From a virus (taxonomy: Duplodnaviria; Heunggongvirae; Uroviricota; Caudoviricetes), in IMG/VR virus record IMGVR_UViG_2711768010_000006: 13,511 nucleotides of DNA; one strand, written 5' to 3'. The position numbers were made by a program, and so were the translations under genes. Shown here one piece after another: positions 1 to 9,031 of the stretch. The notes under the pieces were generated by a model, which was not told where the DNA came from, ran no database searches, and was given only the letters and a program-made list of their open reading frames with translations. Numbering within the stretch: position 1 is the stretch's first letter; each line of letters begins with the position of its first letter.

Positions 1-2397
1 CAGAAAGCGGGGATTTCCGTCGGGCAGTATAAAGCCGCCATGCGTATGCTGCCTGCACAGTTCACCGACGTGGCCACGCAGCTTGCAGGGGGGCAGAATC
101 CCTGGCTGATCCTGCTGCAACAGGGTGGTCAGGTTAAGGACTCCTTCGGCGGGATGATCCCCATGTTCAGGGGGCTTGCCGGCGCGATCACCCTGCCGAT
201 GGTGGGGGCCACCTCGCTGGCGGTGGCGACCGGTGCGCTGGCGTATGCCTGGTATCAGGGCAACTCAACCCTGTCCGATTTCAACAAAACGCTGGTCCTT
301 TCCGGCAATCAGGCGGGACTGACGGCAGATCGTATGCTGGTCCTGTCCAGAGCCGGGCAGGCGGCAGGGCTGACGTTTAACCAGACCAGCGAGTCACTCA
401 GCGCACTGGTTAAGGCGGGGGTAAGCGGTGAGGCTCAGATTGCGTCCATCAGCCAGAGTGTGGCGCGTTTCTCCTATGCATCCGGCGTGGAGGTGGACAA
501 GGTCGCTGAAGCCTTCGGGAAGCTGACCACAGACCCGACGTCGGGGCTGACGGCGATGGCACGCCAGTTCCATAACGTGACGGCGGAGCAGATTGCGTAT
601 GTTGCTCAGTTGCAGCGTTCCGGCGATGAAGCCGGGGCATTGCAGGCGGCGAACGAGGCCGCAACGAAAGGGTTTGATGACCAGACCCGCCGCCTGAAAG
701 AGAACATGGGCACGCTGGAGACCTGGGCAGACAGGACAGCGCGGGCATTCAAATCCATGTGGGATGCGGTGCTGGATATTGGTCGTCCTGATACCGCGCA
801 GGAGATGCTGATTAAGGCAGAGGCTGCGTTTAAGAAAGCAGACGACATCTGGAATCTGCGCAAGGATGATTATTTCGTTAACGATGAAGCACGGGCGCGT
901 TACTGGGATGATCGTGAAAAAAAACGCCTGGAGCGGGATGCAGCCCAAAAGAGGGTAGATCAACAGCGTCAACAGGACAAAAATGCGCAGCAGCAGAGCG
1001 ATACCGAAGCGTCACGGCTGAAATATACCGAAGAGGCGCAGAAGGCTTACGAACGGCTGCAGACGCCGCTGGAGAAATATACCGCCCGTCAGGAAGAACT
1101 GAACAAGGCACTGAAAGACGGGAAAATCCTGCAGGCGGATTACAACACGCTGATGGCGGCGGCGAAAAAGGATTATGAAGCGACGCTGAAAAAGCCGAAA
1201 CAGTCCGGCGTGAAGGTGTATGCGGGCGATCGTCAGGAAGACAGTGCTCATGCGGCCCTGCTGACGCTTCAGGCAGAACTCCGGACGCTGGAGAAGCATG
1301 CCGGAGCGAATGAGAAAATCAGCCAGCAGCGCCGGGATTTGTGGAAGGCAGAAAGTCAGTTCGCGGTACTGGAGGAGGCGGCACAACGTCGCCAGCTGTC
1401 CGCACAGGAGAAATCCCTGCTGGCGCATAAAGACGAGACGCTGGAGTACAAACGCCAGCTGGCTGCACTTGGTGACAAGGTTACGTATCAGGAGCACCTG
1501 AATGCGCTGGCGCAGCAGGCGGATAAATTCGCACAGCAGCAACGGGCAAAACGGGCAGCCATTGATGCGAAAAACCGGGGGCTGACTGACCGGCAGGCAG
1601 CGCGGGAAGCCACGGAACAGCGCCTGAAGGAACAGTATGGCGATAATCCTCTGGCGCTGAATAACGTCATGTCAGAGCAGAAAAAGACCTGGGCGGCTGA
1701 AGACCAGCTTCGCGGGAGCTGGATGGCAGGCCTGAAGTCCGGCTGGAGTGAGTGGGAAGAGAGCGCCACGGACAGTATGTCACAGGTTAAAAGTGCAGCC
1801 ACGCAGACCTTTGATGGTATTGCACAGAATATGGCGGCGATGCTGACCGGCAGTGAACAGAACTGGCGCAGCTTCACCCGCTCCGTGCTGTCCATGATGA
1901 CAGAAATTCTGCTTAAGCAGGCAATGGTGGGGATTGTCGGGAGTATCGGCAGCGCCATTGGCGGGGCTGTTGGTGGCGGCGCATCCGCGTCAGGTGGTAC
2001 AGCCATTCAGGCCGCTGCGGTGAAATTCCATTTTGCAACCGGGGGATTTACGGGAACCGGCGGCAAATATGAGCCAGCGGGGATTGTTCACCGTGGTGAA
2101 TTTGTCTTCACGAAGGAGGCAACCAGCCGGATTGGCGTGGGGAATCTCTACCGGCTGATGCGCGGCTATGCGGAAGGTGGTTATGTGGGCGGTGCCGGAA
2201 GTCCGGCGCAGATGCGGCGGGCTGAAGGCATTAATTTTAATCAGAACAATCACGTGGTGATTCAGAACGACGGTACGAATGGTCTGCCAGGTCCACAGAT
2301 GATGAAGGCCGTGTATGACATGGCCCGCAAGGGTGCCCGTGATGAAATTCAGACACAGATGCGTGATGGTGGCCTGTTCTCCGGAGGTGGACGATGA
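1..2397 (+). CDS. H: Tail tape measure protein (lambda gpH-like), 5'-truncated by the window edge
   Basis: The frame is open from base 1 with no stop, so the ATG at 40 is internal and the gene starts upstream of the window. The translation has the coiled, Q/A/K/E-rich middle and Gly-rich C-terminus (GIVGSIGSAIGGAVGGGASASGG) typical of tape measure proteins. Its stop overlaps the M start in an ATGA junction, as in lambda. Confidence 0.9.
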   Translation, partial: QKAGISVGQYKAAMRMLPAQFTDVATQLAGGQNPWLILLQQGGQVKDSFGGMIPMFRGLAGAITLPMVGATSLAVATGALAYAWYQGNSTLSDFNKTLVLSGNQAGLTADRMLVLSRAGQAAGLTFNQTSESLSALVKAGVSGEAQIASISQSVARFSYASGVEVDKVAEAFGKLTTDPTSGLTAMARQFHNVTAEQIAYVAQLQRSGDEAGALQAANEAATKGFDDQTRRLKENMGTLETWADRTARAFKSMWDAVLDIGRPDTAQEMLIKAEAAFKKADDIWNLRKDDYFVNDEARARYWDDREKKRLERDAAQKRVDQQRQQDKNAQQQSDTEASRLKYTEEAQKAYERLQTPLEKYTARQEELNKALKDGKILQADYNTLMAAAKKDYEATLKKPKQSGVKVYAGDRQEDSAHAALLTLQAELRTLEKHAGANEKISQQRRDLWKAESQFAVLEEAAQRRQLSAQEKSLLAHKDETLEYKRQLAALGDKVTYQEHLNALAQQADKFAQQQRAKRAAIDAKNRGLTDRQAAREATEQRLKEQYGDNPLALNNVMSEQKKTWAAEDQLRGSWMAGLKSGWSEWEESATDSMSQVKSAATQTFDGIAQNMAAMLTGSEQNWRSFTRSVLSMMTEILLKQAMVGIVGSIGSAIGGAVGGGASASGGTAIQAAAVKFHFATGGFTGTGGKYEPAGIVHRGEFVFTKEATSRIGVGNLYRLMRGYAEGGYVGGAGSPAQMRRAEGINFNQNNHVVIQNDGTNGLPGPQMMKAVYDMARKGARDEIQTQMRDGGLFSGGGR

Positions 2398-2723
2398 AAA
2401 CCTTCCGCTGGAAAGTGAAACCCGGTATGGATGTGGCTTCGGCCCCTTCTGTAAGAAAGGTGCGCTTTGGTGATGGCTATTCCCAGCGAGCGCCTGCCGG
2501 GCTGAATGCCAACCTGAAAACGTACAGCGTGACGCTTTCTGTCCCCCGTGAGGAGGCCATGGTACTGGAGTCGTTTCTGGAAGAGCACGGGGGCTGGAAA
2601 GCCTTTCTGTGGACGCCGCCTTATGAGTGGCGGCAGATAAAGGTGACCTGCGCAAAATGGTCGTCGCGGGTCAGTATGCTGCGTGTTGAGTTCAGCGCAG
2701 AGTTTGAACAGGTGGTGAACTGA
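2394..2723 (+). CDS. M: Minor tail protein M (lambda gpM-like)
   Basis: 109-aa ORF beginning MKTFRWKVKPGMDVASAPSVRKVRFGDGYSQRAP, the same length as lambda gpM and in the same position. It overlaps the H stop by 4 bp and shares 1 bp with the L start (TGATG). Confidence 0.9.
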   Translation: MKTFRWKVKPGMDVASAPSVRKVRFGDGYSQRAPAGLNANLKTYSVTLSVPREEAMVLESFLEEHGGWKAFLWTPPYEWRQIKVTCAKWSSRVSMLRVEFSAEFEQVVN

Positions 2724-3421
2724 TGCAGGATATCCGGCAGGAAACACTGAATGAATGCACCCGTGCGGAGCAGTCGGCCAGCGTGGTGCTCTGGGAAATC
2801 GATCTGACAGAGGTCGGTGGAGAACGTTATTTTTTCTGTAATGAGCAGAACGAAAAAGGTGAGCCGGTCACCTGGCAGGGGCGACAGTATCAGCCGTATC
2901 CCATTCAGGGGAGTGGTTTTGAACTGAATGGCAAAGGCACCAGTACGCGCCCCACGCTGATGGTTTCTAACCTGTACGGTATGGTCACCGGGATGGCGGA
3001 AGATATGCAGAGTCTGGTCGGCGGAACGGTGGTCCGGCGTAAGGTTTACGCCCGTTTTCTGGATGCGGTGAACTTCGTCAACGGAAACAGTGACGCCGAT
3101 CCGGAGCAGGAGGTGATCAGCCGCTGGCGCATTGAGCAGTGCAGCGAACTGAGCGCGGTGAGTGCCTCCTTTGTACTGTCCACGCCGACGGAAACGGATG
3201 GCGCTGTTTTTCCGGGGCGCATCATGCTGGCCAACACCTGCACCTGGACCTATCGCGGCGATGAGTGCGGTTATCACGGTCCGGCGGTCGCGGATGAATA
3301 TGACCAGCCAACGTCCGACATCACGAAGGATAAATGCAGCAAATGCCTGAGTGGCTGTAAGTTTCGCAATAACGTCGGCAACTTTGGCGGCTTCCTTTCC
3401 ATTAACAAACTTTCGCAGTAA
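2723..3421 (+). CDS. L: Minor tail tip protein L (lambda gpL-like)
   Basis: 232-aa ORF, the same length as lambda gpL, with a Cys-rich C-terminus (CTWTYRGDECGYHG...CSKCLSGCKF). Syntenic between M and K. Confidence 0.9.
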   Translation: MQDIRQETLNECTRAEQSASVVLWEIDLTEVGGERYFFCNEQNEKGEPVTWQGRQYQPYPIQGSGFELNGKGTSTRPTLMVSNLYGMVTGMAEDMQSLVGGTVVRRKVYARFLDAVNFVNGNSDADPEQEVISRWRIEQCSELSAVSASFVLSTPTETDGAVFPGRIMLANTCTWTYRGDECGYHGPAVADEYDQPTSDITKDKCSKCLSGCKFRNNVGNFGGFLSINKLSQ

Positions 3422-3426
3422 ATCCC

Positions 3427-4170
3427 ATGACAGAGACAGAATCAGCGATTCTGGCGCACGCCCGGCGATGTGCTCCAGCGGAGTCGTGCGGCTTCGTGGT
3501 AAGAACGCCGGAGGGGGAAAGATATTTCCCCTGCGTGAATATCTCCGGTGAGCCGGAGGCGTATTTCCGTATGTCGCCGGAAGACTGGCTGCAGGCAGAG
3601 ATGCAGGGTGAGATTGTGGCACTGGTCCACAGCCACCCCGGTGGTCTGCCCTGGCTGAGTGAGGCCGACCGGCGGCTGCAGGTGCAGAGTGATTTGCCGT
3701 GGTGGCTGGTCTGCCGGGGGGCGATTCACAAGTTCCGCTGTGTGCCACATCTTACCGGGCGGCGCTTTGAGCACGGGGTGACGGACTGTTACACGCTGTT
3801 CCGGGATGCTTACCATCTGGCGGGGATTGAGATGCCGGATTTTCATCGTGAGGATGACTGGTGGCGTCACGGTCAGAATCTCTATCTGGATAATCTGGAG
3901 GCCACAGGGCTGTATCAGGTGCCGTTGTCAGCGGCGCAGCCGGGCGATGTGCTGCTGTGCTGTTTTGGTTCATCGGTGCCGAATCATGCCGCCATTTACT
4001 GTGGTGACGGCGAGCTGCTGCACCATATTCCTGAACAACTGAGCAAACGAGAGAGGTATACCGACAAATGGCAGCGACGCACACACTCCCTCTGGCGTCA
4101 CCGGGCATGGCACGCATCTGCCTTTACGGGGATTTGCAACGATTTGGCCGCCGCATCGACCTTCGTGTGA
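3427..4170 (+). CDS. K: Tail tip assembly protein K (lambda gpK-like; MPN/JAMM plus NlpC/P60 domains)
   Basis: 247-aa ORF starting 6 bp after the L stop. It carries an exact JAMM-type motif H-x-H-x7-S-x2-D (HSHPGGLPWLSEAD) and a downstream Cys/His set (GVTDCYTLF...NHAAIY) consistent with an NlpC/P60 fold. An internal ATG at 3571 with a GGAGG upstream would give the 199-aa form; the longer form keeps the whole MPN domain. The 3' end overlaps I by 103 bp. Confidence 0.88.
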   Translation: MTETESAILAHARRCAPAESCGFVVRTPEGERYFPCVNISGEPEAYFRMSPEDWLQAEMQGEIVALVHSHPGGLPWLSEADRRLQVQSDLPWWLVCRGAIHKFRCVPHLTGRRFEHGVTDCYTLFRDAYHLAGIEMPDFHREDDWWRHGQNLYLDNLEATGLYQVPLSAAQPGDVLLCCFGSSVPNHAAIYCGDGELLHHIPEQLSKRERYTDKWQRRTHSLWRHRAWHASAFTGICNDLAAASTFV

Positions 4171-4739
4171 AAACGGGTGCCGAAGCCATCCGGGCGATGG
4201 CCACACAGCTCCCTGCGTTTCGTCAGAAGCTGAGCGACGGCTGGTATCAGGTGCGTATTGCCGGGCAGGATGTTAGCACGTCCGGATTAACGGCACAGTT
4301 ACATGAGGCTCTGCCTGACGGCGCTGTGATTCATATTGTTCCCAGAGTCGCCGGGGCCAAGTCAGGTGGTGTATTCCAGATTGTCCTGGGAGCAGCCGCC
4401 ATTGCCGGATCATTCTTTACCGCCGGAGCCACCCTTGCAGCATGGGGGGCTGCCATTGGTGCCGGTGGTATGACCGGCATTCTGTTTTCTCTCGGTGCCA
4501 GTATGGTGCTCGGCGGTGTGGCTCAGATGCTGGCACCGAAAGCCAGAACTCCCCGCACACAGACAACGGATAACGGTAAGCAGAACACCTATTTCTCCTC
4601 ACTGGATAACATGGTTGCCCAGGGCAATGTTATGCCTGTTCTGTATGGTGAAATGCGCGTGGGGTCACGTGTGGTATCTCAGGAGATCAGCACGGCAGAC
4701 GAAGGGGACGGTGGTCAGGTTGTGGTGATTGGTCGCTGA
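4068..4739 (+). CDS. I: Tail tip assembly protein I (lambda gpI-like)
   Basis: 223-aa ORF, the same length as lambda gpI, overlapping the 3' end of K. It has an N-terminal soluble domain followed by a long Gly/Ala-rich hydrophobic segment (GGVFQIVLGAAAIAGSFFTAGATLAAWGAAIGAGGMTGILFSLGASMVLGG). Confidence 0.88.
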   Translation: MAATHTLPLASPGMARICLYGDLQRFGRRIDLRVKTGAEAIRAMATQLPAFRQKLSDGWYQVRIAGQDVSTSGLTAQLHEALPDGAVIHIVPRVAGAKSGGVFQIVLGAAAIAGSFFTAGATLAAWGAAIGAGGMTGILFSLGASMVLGGVAQMLAPKARTPRTQTTDNGKQNTYFSSLDNMVAQGNVMPVLYGEMRVGSRVVSQEISTADEGDGGQVVVIGR

Positions 4740-4799
4740 TGCAAAATGTTTTATGTGAAATCGCCTCCGGGCGGTTTTATCGTTTATGGAGCATGACGA

Positions 4800-7700
4800 A
4801 TGGGTAAAGGCAGCAGTAAGGGGCATACCCCGCGCGAAGCGAAGGACAACCTGAAGTCCACGCAGCTGCTGAGTGTGATCGATGCCATCAGCGAAGGGCC
4901 GGTTGAAGGTCCGGTGGATGGATTAAAAAGCGTGCTGCTGAACAGTACGCCGGTGCTGGACAGTGAGGGGAATACCAACATCTCCGGCGTCACGGTGGTG
5001 TTCCGGGCAGGTGAGCAGGAGCAGTCACCGCCGGAGGGATTTGAATCCTCCGGCTCCGAGACGGTGCTGGGTACGGAAGTGAAATATGACACGCCGATCA
5101 CCCGGACCATCACGTCGGCAAACATTGACCGACTGCGTTTTACCTTCGGTGTACAGGCACTGGTGGAAACCACCTCAAAGGGAGACAGGAATCCGTCTGA
5201 AGTTCGCCTGCTGGTTCAGATACAGCGTAACGGTGGCTGGGTGACGGAAAAAGACATCACCATTAAGGGCAAAACCACCTCGCAGTATCTGGCCTCGGTG
5301 GTGGTGGATAACCTGCCGCCGCGCCCGTTTAATATCCGGATGCGCAGGATGACGCCAGACAGCACCACAGACCAGCTGCAGAACAAAACGCTCTGGTCGT
5401 CATACACCGAAATCATCGATGTGAAACAGTGCTACCCGAACACGGCACTGGTCGGCGTACAGGTGGATTCGGAGCAGTTCGGCAGCCAGCAGGTGAGCCG
5501 TAATTATCATCTTCGCGGGCGCATTCTGCAGGTGCCGTCGAACTATAATCCGCAGACGCGGCAATACAGCGGTATCTGGGACGGAACGTTAAAACCGGCA
5601 TACAGCAACAACATGGCCTGGTGTCTGTGGGATATGCTGACCCATCCGCGCTATGGCATGGGGAAACGTCTTGGTGCGGCAGATGTGGATAAATGGGCGC
5701 TGTATGTCATCGGCCAGTACTGTGACCAGTCGGTGCCGGACGGCTTTGGCAGCACGGAGCCGCGCATCACCTGTAATGCCTGGCTGACCACACAGCGCAA
5801 GGCGTGGGATGTGCTCAGTGATTTCTGCTCGGCGATGCGCTGTATGCCGGTATGGAACGGGCAGACGCTGACGTTCGTGCAGGACCGACAGTCGGATAAG
5901 GTGTGGGCCTATAACCGCAGTAATGTGGTGATGCCGGATGATGGCGCGCCGTTCCGCTACAGTTTCAGCGCCCTGAAAGACCGCCATAATGCCGTTGAGG
6001 TGAACTGGATTGACCCGGATAACGGCTGGGAGACGGCGACAGAGCTTGTGGAGGATACGCAGGCCATTGTCCGTTACGGTCGTAACGTCACGAAGATGGA
6101 TGCCTTTGGCTGTACCAGCCGGGGGCAGGCACACCGCGCCGGGCTGTGGCTGATTAAAACGGAACTGCTGGAGACGCAGACCGTGGATTTCAGCGTGGGT
6201 GCTGAAGGGCTTCGTCATGTACCGGGCGATGTCATTGAAATCTGCGATGATGACTATGCCGGTATCCGCACCGGCGGGCGCGTGCTGGCGGTGAACAGCC
6301 AGACCCGGACGCTGACGCTCGACCGTGAAATCACGCTGCCATCCTCCGGCACCACGCTGATAAGCCTGGTTGACGGGCAGGGGAATCCGGTCAGCGTGGA
6401 GGTCCAGTCCGTCACCGACGGCGTGAAGGTAAAAGTGAGCCGTGTTCCTGACGGTGTTGCTGAATACAGCGTGTGGGGGCTGAAGCTGCCGACGCTGCAC
6501 CAGCGATTGTTCCGCTGCGTGAGTATCCGTGAGAACGACGACGGCACGTATGCCATCACCGCCGTGCAGCATGTGCCGGAAAAAGAAGCCATCGTGGATA
6601 ACGGGGCGCACTTTGACGGCGACCAGAGCGGCACGGTAAATGGTGTCACGCCGCCAGCGGTGCAGCACCTGACCGCAGAAGTCACCGCAGACAGCGGGGA
6701 ATACCAGGTGCTGGCCCGCTGGGACACGCCGAAGGTGGTGAAGGGCGTGAGCTTCCTGCTTCGCCTGACCGTGGCAGCGGATGACGGCCGTGAGCGGCTG
6801 GTCAGCACGGCCCGGACGACGGAAACCACTTACCGCTTCACACAACTGGCGCTGGGGAACTACAGGCTGACAGTCCGGGCAGTAAATGCGTGGGGGCAGC
6901 AGGGCGATCCGGCGTCGGTATCGTTCCGGATTGCCGCACCGGCAGCGCTGTCGCGGATTGAGCTGACGCCGGGCTATTTTCAGATAACCGCCACGCCGCA
7001 TCTTGCGGTTTATGATCCGACGGTACAGTTTGAGTTCTGGTTCTCGGAAAAGCGGATTGCGGATATCAGGCAGGTTGAAACCACAGCACGCTATCTTGGC
7101 ACGGCGCTGTACTGGATAGCCGCCAGTATCAATATCAAACCGGGCCATGATTATTACTTTTATATCCGCAGTGTGAACACCGTTGGCAAATCGGCATTCG
7201 TGGAGGCTGTTGGTCAGCCGAGTGATGATGCATCCGGTTATCTGGATTTTTTCAAAGGCGAGATAGGGAAAACCCATCTGGCTCAGGAGCTGTGGACGCA
7301 GATTGATAACGGTCAGCTTGCGCCTGACCTGGCTGAAATCAGGACGTCCATTACGGATGTCAGCAATGAAATCACGCAGACCGTCAATAAGAAACTGGAA
7401 GACCAGAGTGCGGCAATTCAGCAGATACAGAAGGTTCAGGTTGATACAAATAATAACCTGAACAGCATGTGGGCTGTGAAGCTGCAGCAGATGCAGGACG
7501 GACGCCTTTATATCGCGGGTATTGGTGCCGGTATTGAGAACACCCCTGACGGCATGCAGAGTCAGGTGCTGCTGGCGGCGGACAGGATTGCGATGGTTAA
7601 TCCTGCGAATGGCAACACAAAACCGATGTTTGTTGGTCAGGGCGATCAGATATTCATGAACGACGTGTTCCTGAAACGCCTGACGGCCCCCACCATTACC

Positions 7701-8297
7701 AGCGGTGGAAATCCATCGGCATTTTCCCTGACTCCGGACGGAAAGCTGACCGCTAAAAATGCGGATATCAGTGGCAGTGTGAATGCGAACGCCGGGACGC
7801 TCAACAATGTCACGGTAAATGAAAACTGTACGATTAAGGGCATGCTGGAGGCGACTCAGGTCAGAGGTGACTTCGTTAAAGCTGTATCCAAATCATTTCC
7901 GAAACAGGCTGGTACGTGGGGTAACACGGAAACACCAAACGGGACGGTTACAGTCACCATAAGCGATGATCATAACTTTGACCGCCAGATTATTATTCCG
8001 CCCATTATTTTTAACGGTATAGCGTATGACGATCCGGGGAGCGGAAATAACCCAGGAGGCACGCGATACACGGGTTATGGTTTTGAAGTTCGCAAAAACG
8101 GCGTATTAATCGCATCCAGAGAAACTAAAGGTGCCATTCCCGGTAGTTACAGTGCAGTTATTGATATGCCTAGTGGTGGTGGTAGCGTCACTCTGGAGTT
8201 TAAGATTTTCCAGAAAGGCAATCAGGGGGCAGGCAATATCACCGACTGTACGGTGATTGTGACCAAAAAAGCGGCTTCCGGCATCAGTATTCGTTGA
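4800..8297 (+). CDS. J: Host specificity / central tail fibre protein J (lambda gpJ-like)
   Basis: 1165-aa ORF with a GGAG 8 nt upstream of the ATG. The N-terminal ~800 aa match my recollection of lambda gpJ closely ([34 protein letters not shown]...). A central block and the last ~150 aa look different from lambda, and the protein is 33 aa longer than lambda's 1132. Confidence 0.92.
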   Translation: MGKGSSKGHTPREAKDNLKSTQLLSVIDAISEGPVEGPVDGLKSVLLNSTPVLDSEGNTNISGVTVVFRAGEQEQSPPEGFESSGSETVLGTEVKYDTPITRTITSANIDRLRFTFGVQALVETTSKGDRNPSEVRLLVQIQRNGGWVTEKDITIKGKTTSQYLASVVVDNLPPRPFNIRMRRMTPDSTTDQLQNKTLWSSYTEIIDVKQCYPNTALVGVQVDSEQFGSQQVSRNYHLRGRILQVPSNYNPQTRQYSGIWDGTLKPAYSNNMAWCLWDMLTHPRYGMGKRLGAADVDKWALYVIGQYCDQSVPDGFGSTEPRITCNAWLTTQRKAWDVLSDFCSAMRCMPVWNGQTLTFVQDRQSDKVWAYNRSNVVMPDDGAPFRYSFSALKDRHNAVEVNWIDPDNGWETATELVEDTQAIVRYGRNVTKMDAFGCTSRGQAHRAGLWLIKTELLETQTVDFSVGAEGLRHVPGDVIEICDDDYAGIRTGGRVLAVNSQTRTLTLDREITLPSSGTTLISLVDGQGNPVSVEVQSVTDGVKVKVSRVPDGVAEYSVWGLKLPTLHQRLFRCVSIRENDDGTYAITAVQHVPEKEAIVDNGAHFDGDQSGTVNGVTPPAVQHLTAEVTADSGEYQVLARWDTPKVVKGVSFLLRLTVAADDGRERLVSTARTTETTYRFTQLALGNYRLTVRAVNAWGQQGDPASVSFRIAAPAALSRIELTPGYFQITATPHLAVYDPTVQFEFWFSEKRIADIRQVETTARYLGTALYWIAASINIKPGHDYYFYIRSVNTVGKSAFVEAVGQPSDDASGYLDFFKGEIGKTHLAQELWTQIDNGQLAPDLAEIRTSITDVSNEITQTVNKKLEDQSAAIQQIQKVQVDTNNNLNSMWAVKLQQMQDGRLYIAGIGAGIENTPDGMQSQVLLAADRIAMVNPANGNTKPMFVGQGDQIFMNDVFLKRLTAPTITSGGNPSAFSLTPDGKLTAKNADISGSVNANAGTLNNVTVNENCTIKGMLEATQVRGDFVKAVSKSFPKQAGTWGNTETPNGTVTVTISDDHNFDRQIIIPPIIFNGIAYDDPGSGNNPGGTRYTGYGFEVRKNGVLIASRETKGAIPGSYSAVIDMPSGGGSVTLEFKIFQKGNQGAGNITDCTVIVTKKAASGISIR

Positions 8298-8319
8298 AAT
8301 ATTTATAACCCCAATAAAT

Positions 8320-8346
8320 GGCGTCAGGAATGACGCCTTTTTTATT
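8320..8346 (+). terminator. Rho-independent terminator downstream of J
   Basis: Perfect 7-bp stem GGCGTCA / TGACGCC with a GGAA loop, followed directly by TTTTTTATT, starting 23 bp after the J stop. Confidence 0.6.
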
Positions 8347-8367
8347 GCAGAAAAGCGAGAGGTAATT

Positions 8368-8967
8368 ATGCGTAAAGTTTGTGCAGCCATTTTGTCCGCA
8401 GCCATTTGCCTGGCCGTATCCGGTGCGCCTGCATGGGCGTCTGAACATCAGTCCACGCTGAGCGCGGGGTATCTTCATGCCCGGACCAACGTTCCCGGCA
8501 GTGATGATCTGAACGGGATTAACGTGAAATACCGTTATGAGTTTACGGATACGCTGGGGCTGGTGACGTCATTCAGCTATGCAGGAGACAAGAATCGCCA
8601 GCTGACCCGTTACAGCGATACCCGCTGGCATGAAGATTCCGTTCGTAACCGCTGGTTCAGCGTAATGGCGGGGCCGTCTGTGCGCGTGAATGAATGGTTC
8701 AGCGCGTATGCGATGGCGGGTGTGGCTTACAGCCGTGTGTCGACTTTTTCCGGGGATTATATCCGCGTAACTGACAATAAGGGGAAAACGCACGATGTGC
8801 TGACCGGAAGTGATGACGGTCGCCACAGCAACACGTCTCTGGCGTGGGGAGCTGGCGTGCAGTTTAACCCGACCGAATCCGTGGCCATTGATATTGCTTA
8901 TGAAGGCTCCGGCAGTGGCGACTGGCGCACTGACGGTTTCATCGTGGGTGTCGGTTATAAATTCTGA
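8368..8967 (+). CDS. lom: Lom outer membrane protein (Ail/Lom/PagC/Rck family beta-barrel)
   Basis: 199-aa ORF with a signal peptide (MRKVCAAILSAAICLAVSGAPAWA) and a C-terminal aromatic beta-barrel end (FIVGVGYKF). It matches lambda Lom in position, between J and stf. Confidence 0.9.
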   Translation: MRKVCAAILSAAICLAVSGAPAWASEHQSTLSAGYLHARTNVPGSDDLNGINVKYRYEFTDTLGLVTSFSYAGDKNRQLTRYSDTRWHEDSVRNRWFSVMAGPSVRVNEWFSAYAMAGVAYSRVSTFSGDYIRVTDNKGKTHDVLTGSDDGRHSNTSLAWGAGVQFNPTESVAIDIAYEGSGSGDWRTDGFIVGVGYKF

Positions 8968-8993
8968 TTAGCCAGGTAACACAGTATTATGAC

Positions 8994-9020
8994 AGCCCGC
9001 CGGTTCAGGCGGGCTTTTTT
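8994..9020 (+). terminator. Rho-independent terminator downstream of lom
   Basis: Stem GCCCGCC / GGCGGGC with a GGTTCA loop, followed by TTTTTT, 27 bp after the lom stop and just before the stf start. Confidence 0.6.
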
Positions 9021-9031
9021 GTGGGGTGAAT

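Noticed and set aside
394-2006. Minus-strand ORFs 394..972, 1012..1542 and 1488..2006 inside the tape measure gene
   Set aside because: All are antisense to the tape measure coding frame. Their translations are Cys/Arg/Leu-rich with no plausible domains.
40-2397. ATG at 40 as the start of the tape measure gene
   Set aside because: The frame is open back to base 1 and 785 aa is shorter than a lambda-type tape measure. The real start is upstream of the window.
2621-3748. 375-aa minus-strand ORF overlapping M, L and K
   Set aside because: Antisense to three syntenic, well-supported tail genes, with no sign of its own start signals. Treated as a spurious ORF.
4762-4785. Small hairpin in the I-J intergenic region as a terminator
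   Set aside because: The stem is only 4 bp (CGCC/GGCG) and the T-tract is interrupted. It sits inside an operon that must be read through, so it is too weak to call.
5589-7277. 562-aa minus-strand ORF inside J
   Set aside because: It lies entirely antisense to the well-supported J gene. Long antisense ORFs are common in GC-rich coding DNA, and the translation is Arg/Pro/Gly-rich junk with no recognisable domain.
9026-9031. GTG at 9026 as the stf start (MNMAVK...)
   Set aside because: The ATG at 9032 gives the conserved N-terminus MAVKISG and has better spacing from the upstream purine-rich stretch. The GTG extension is probably an ORF-caller artefact.
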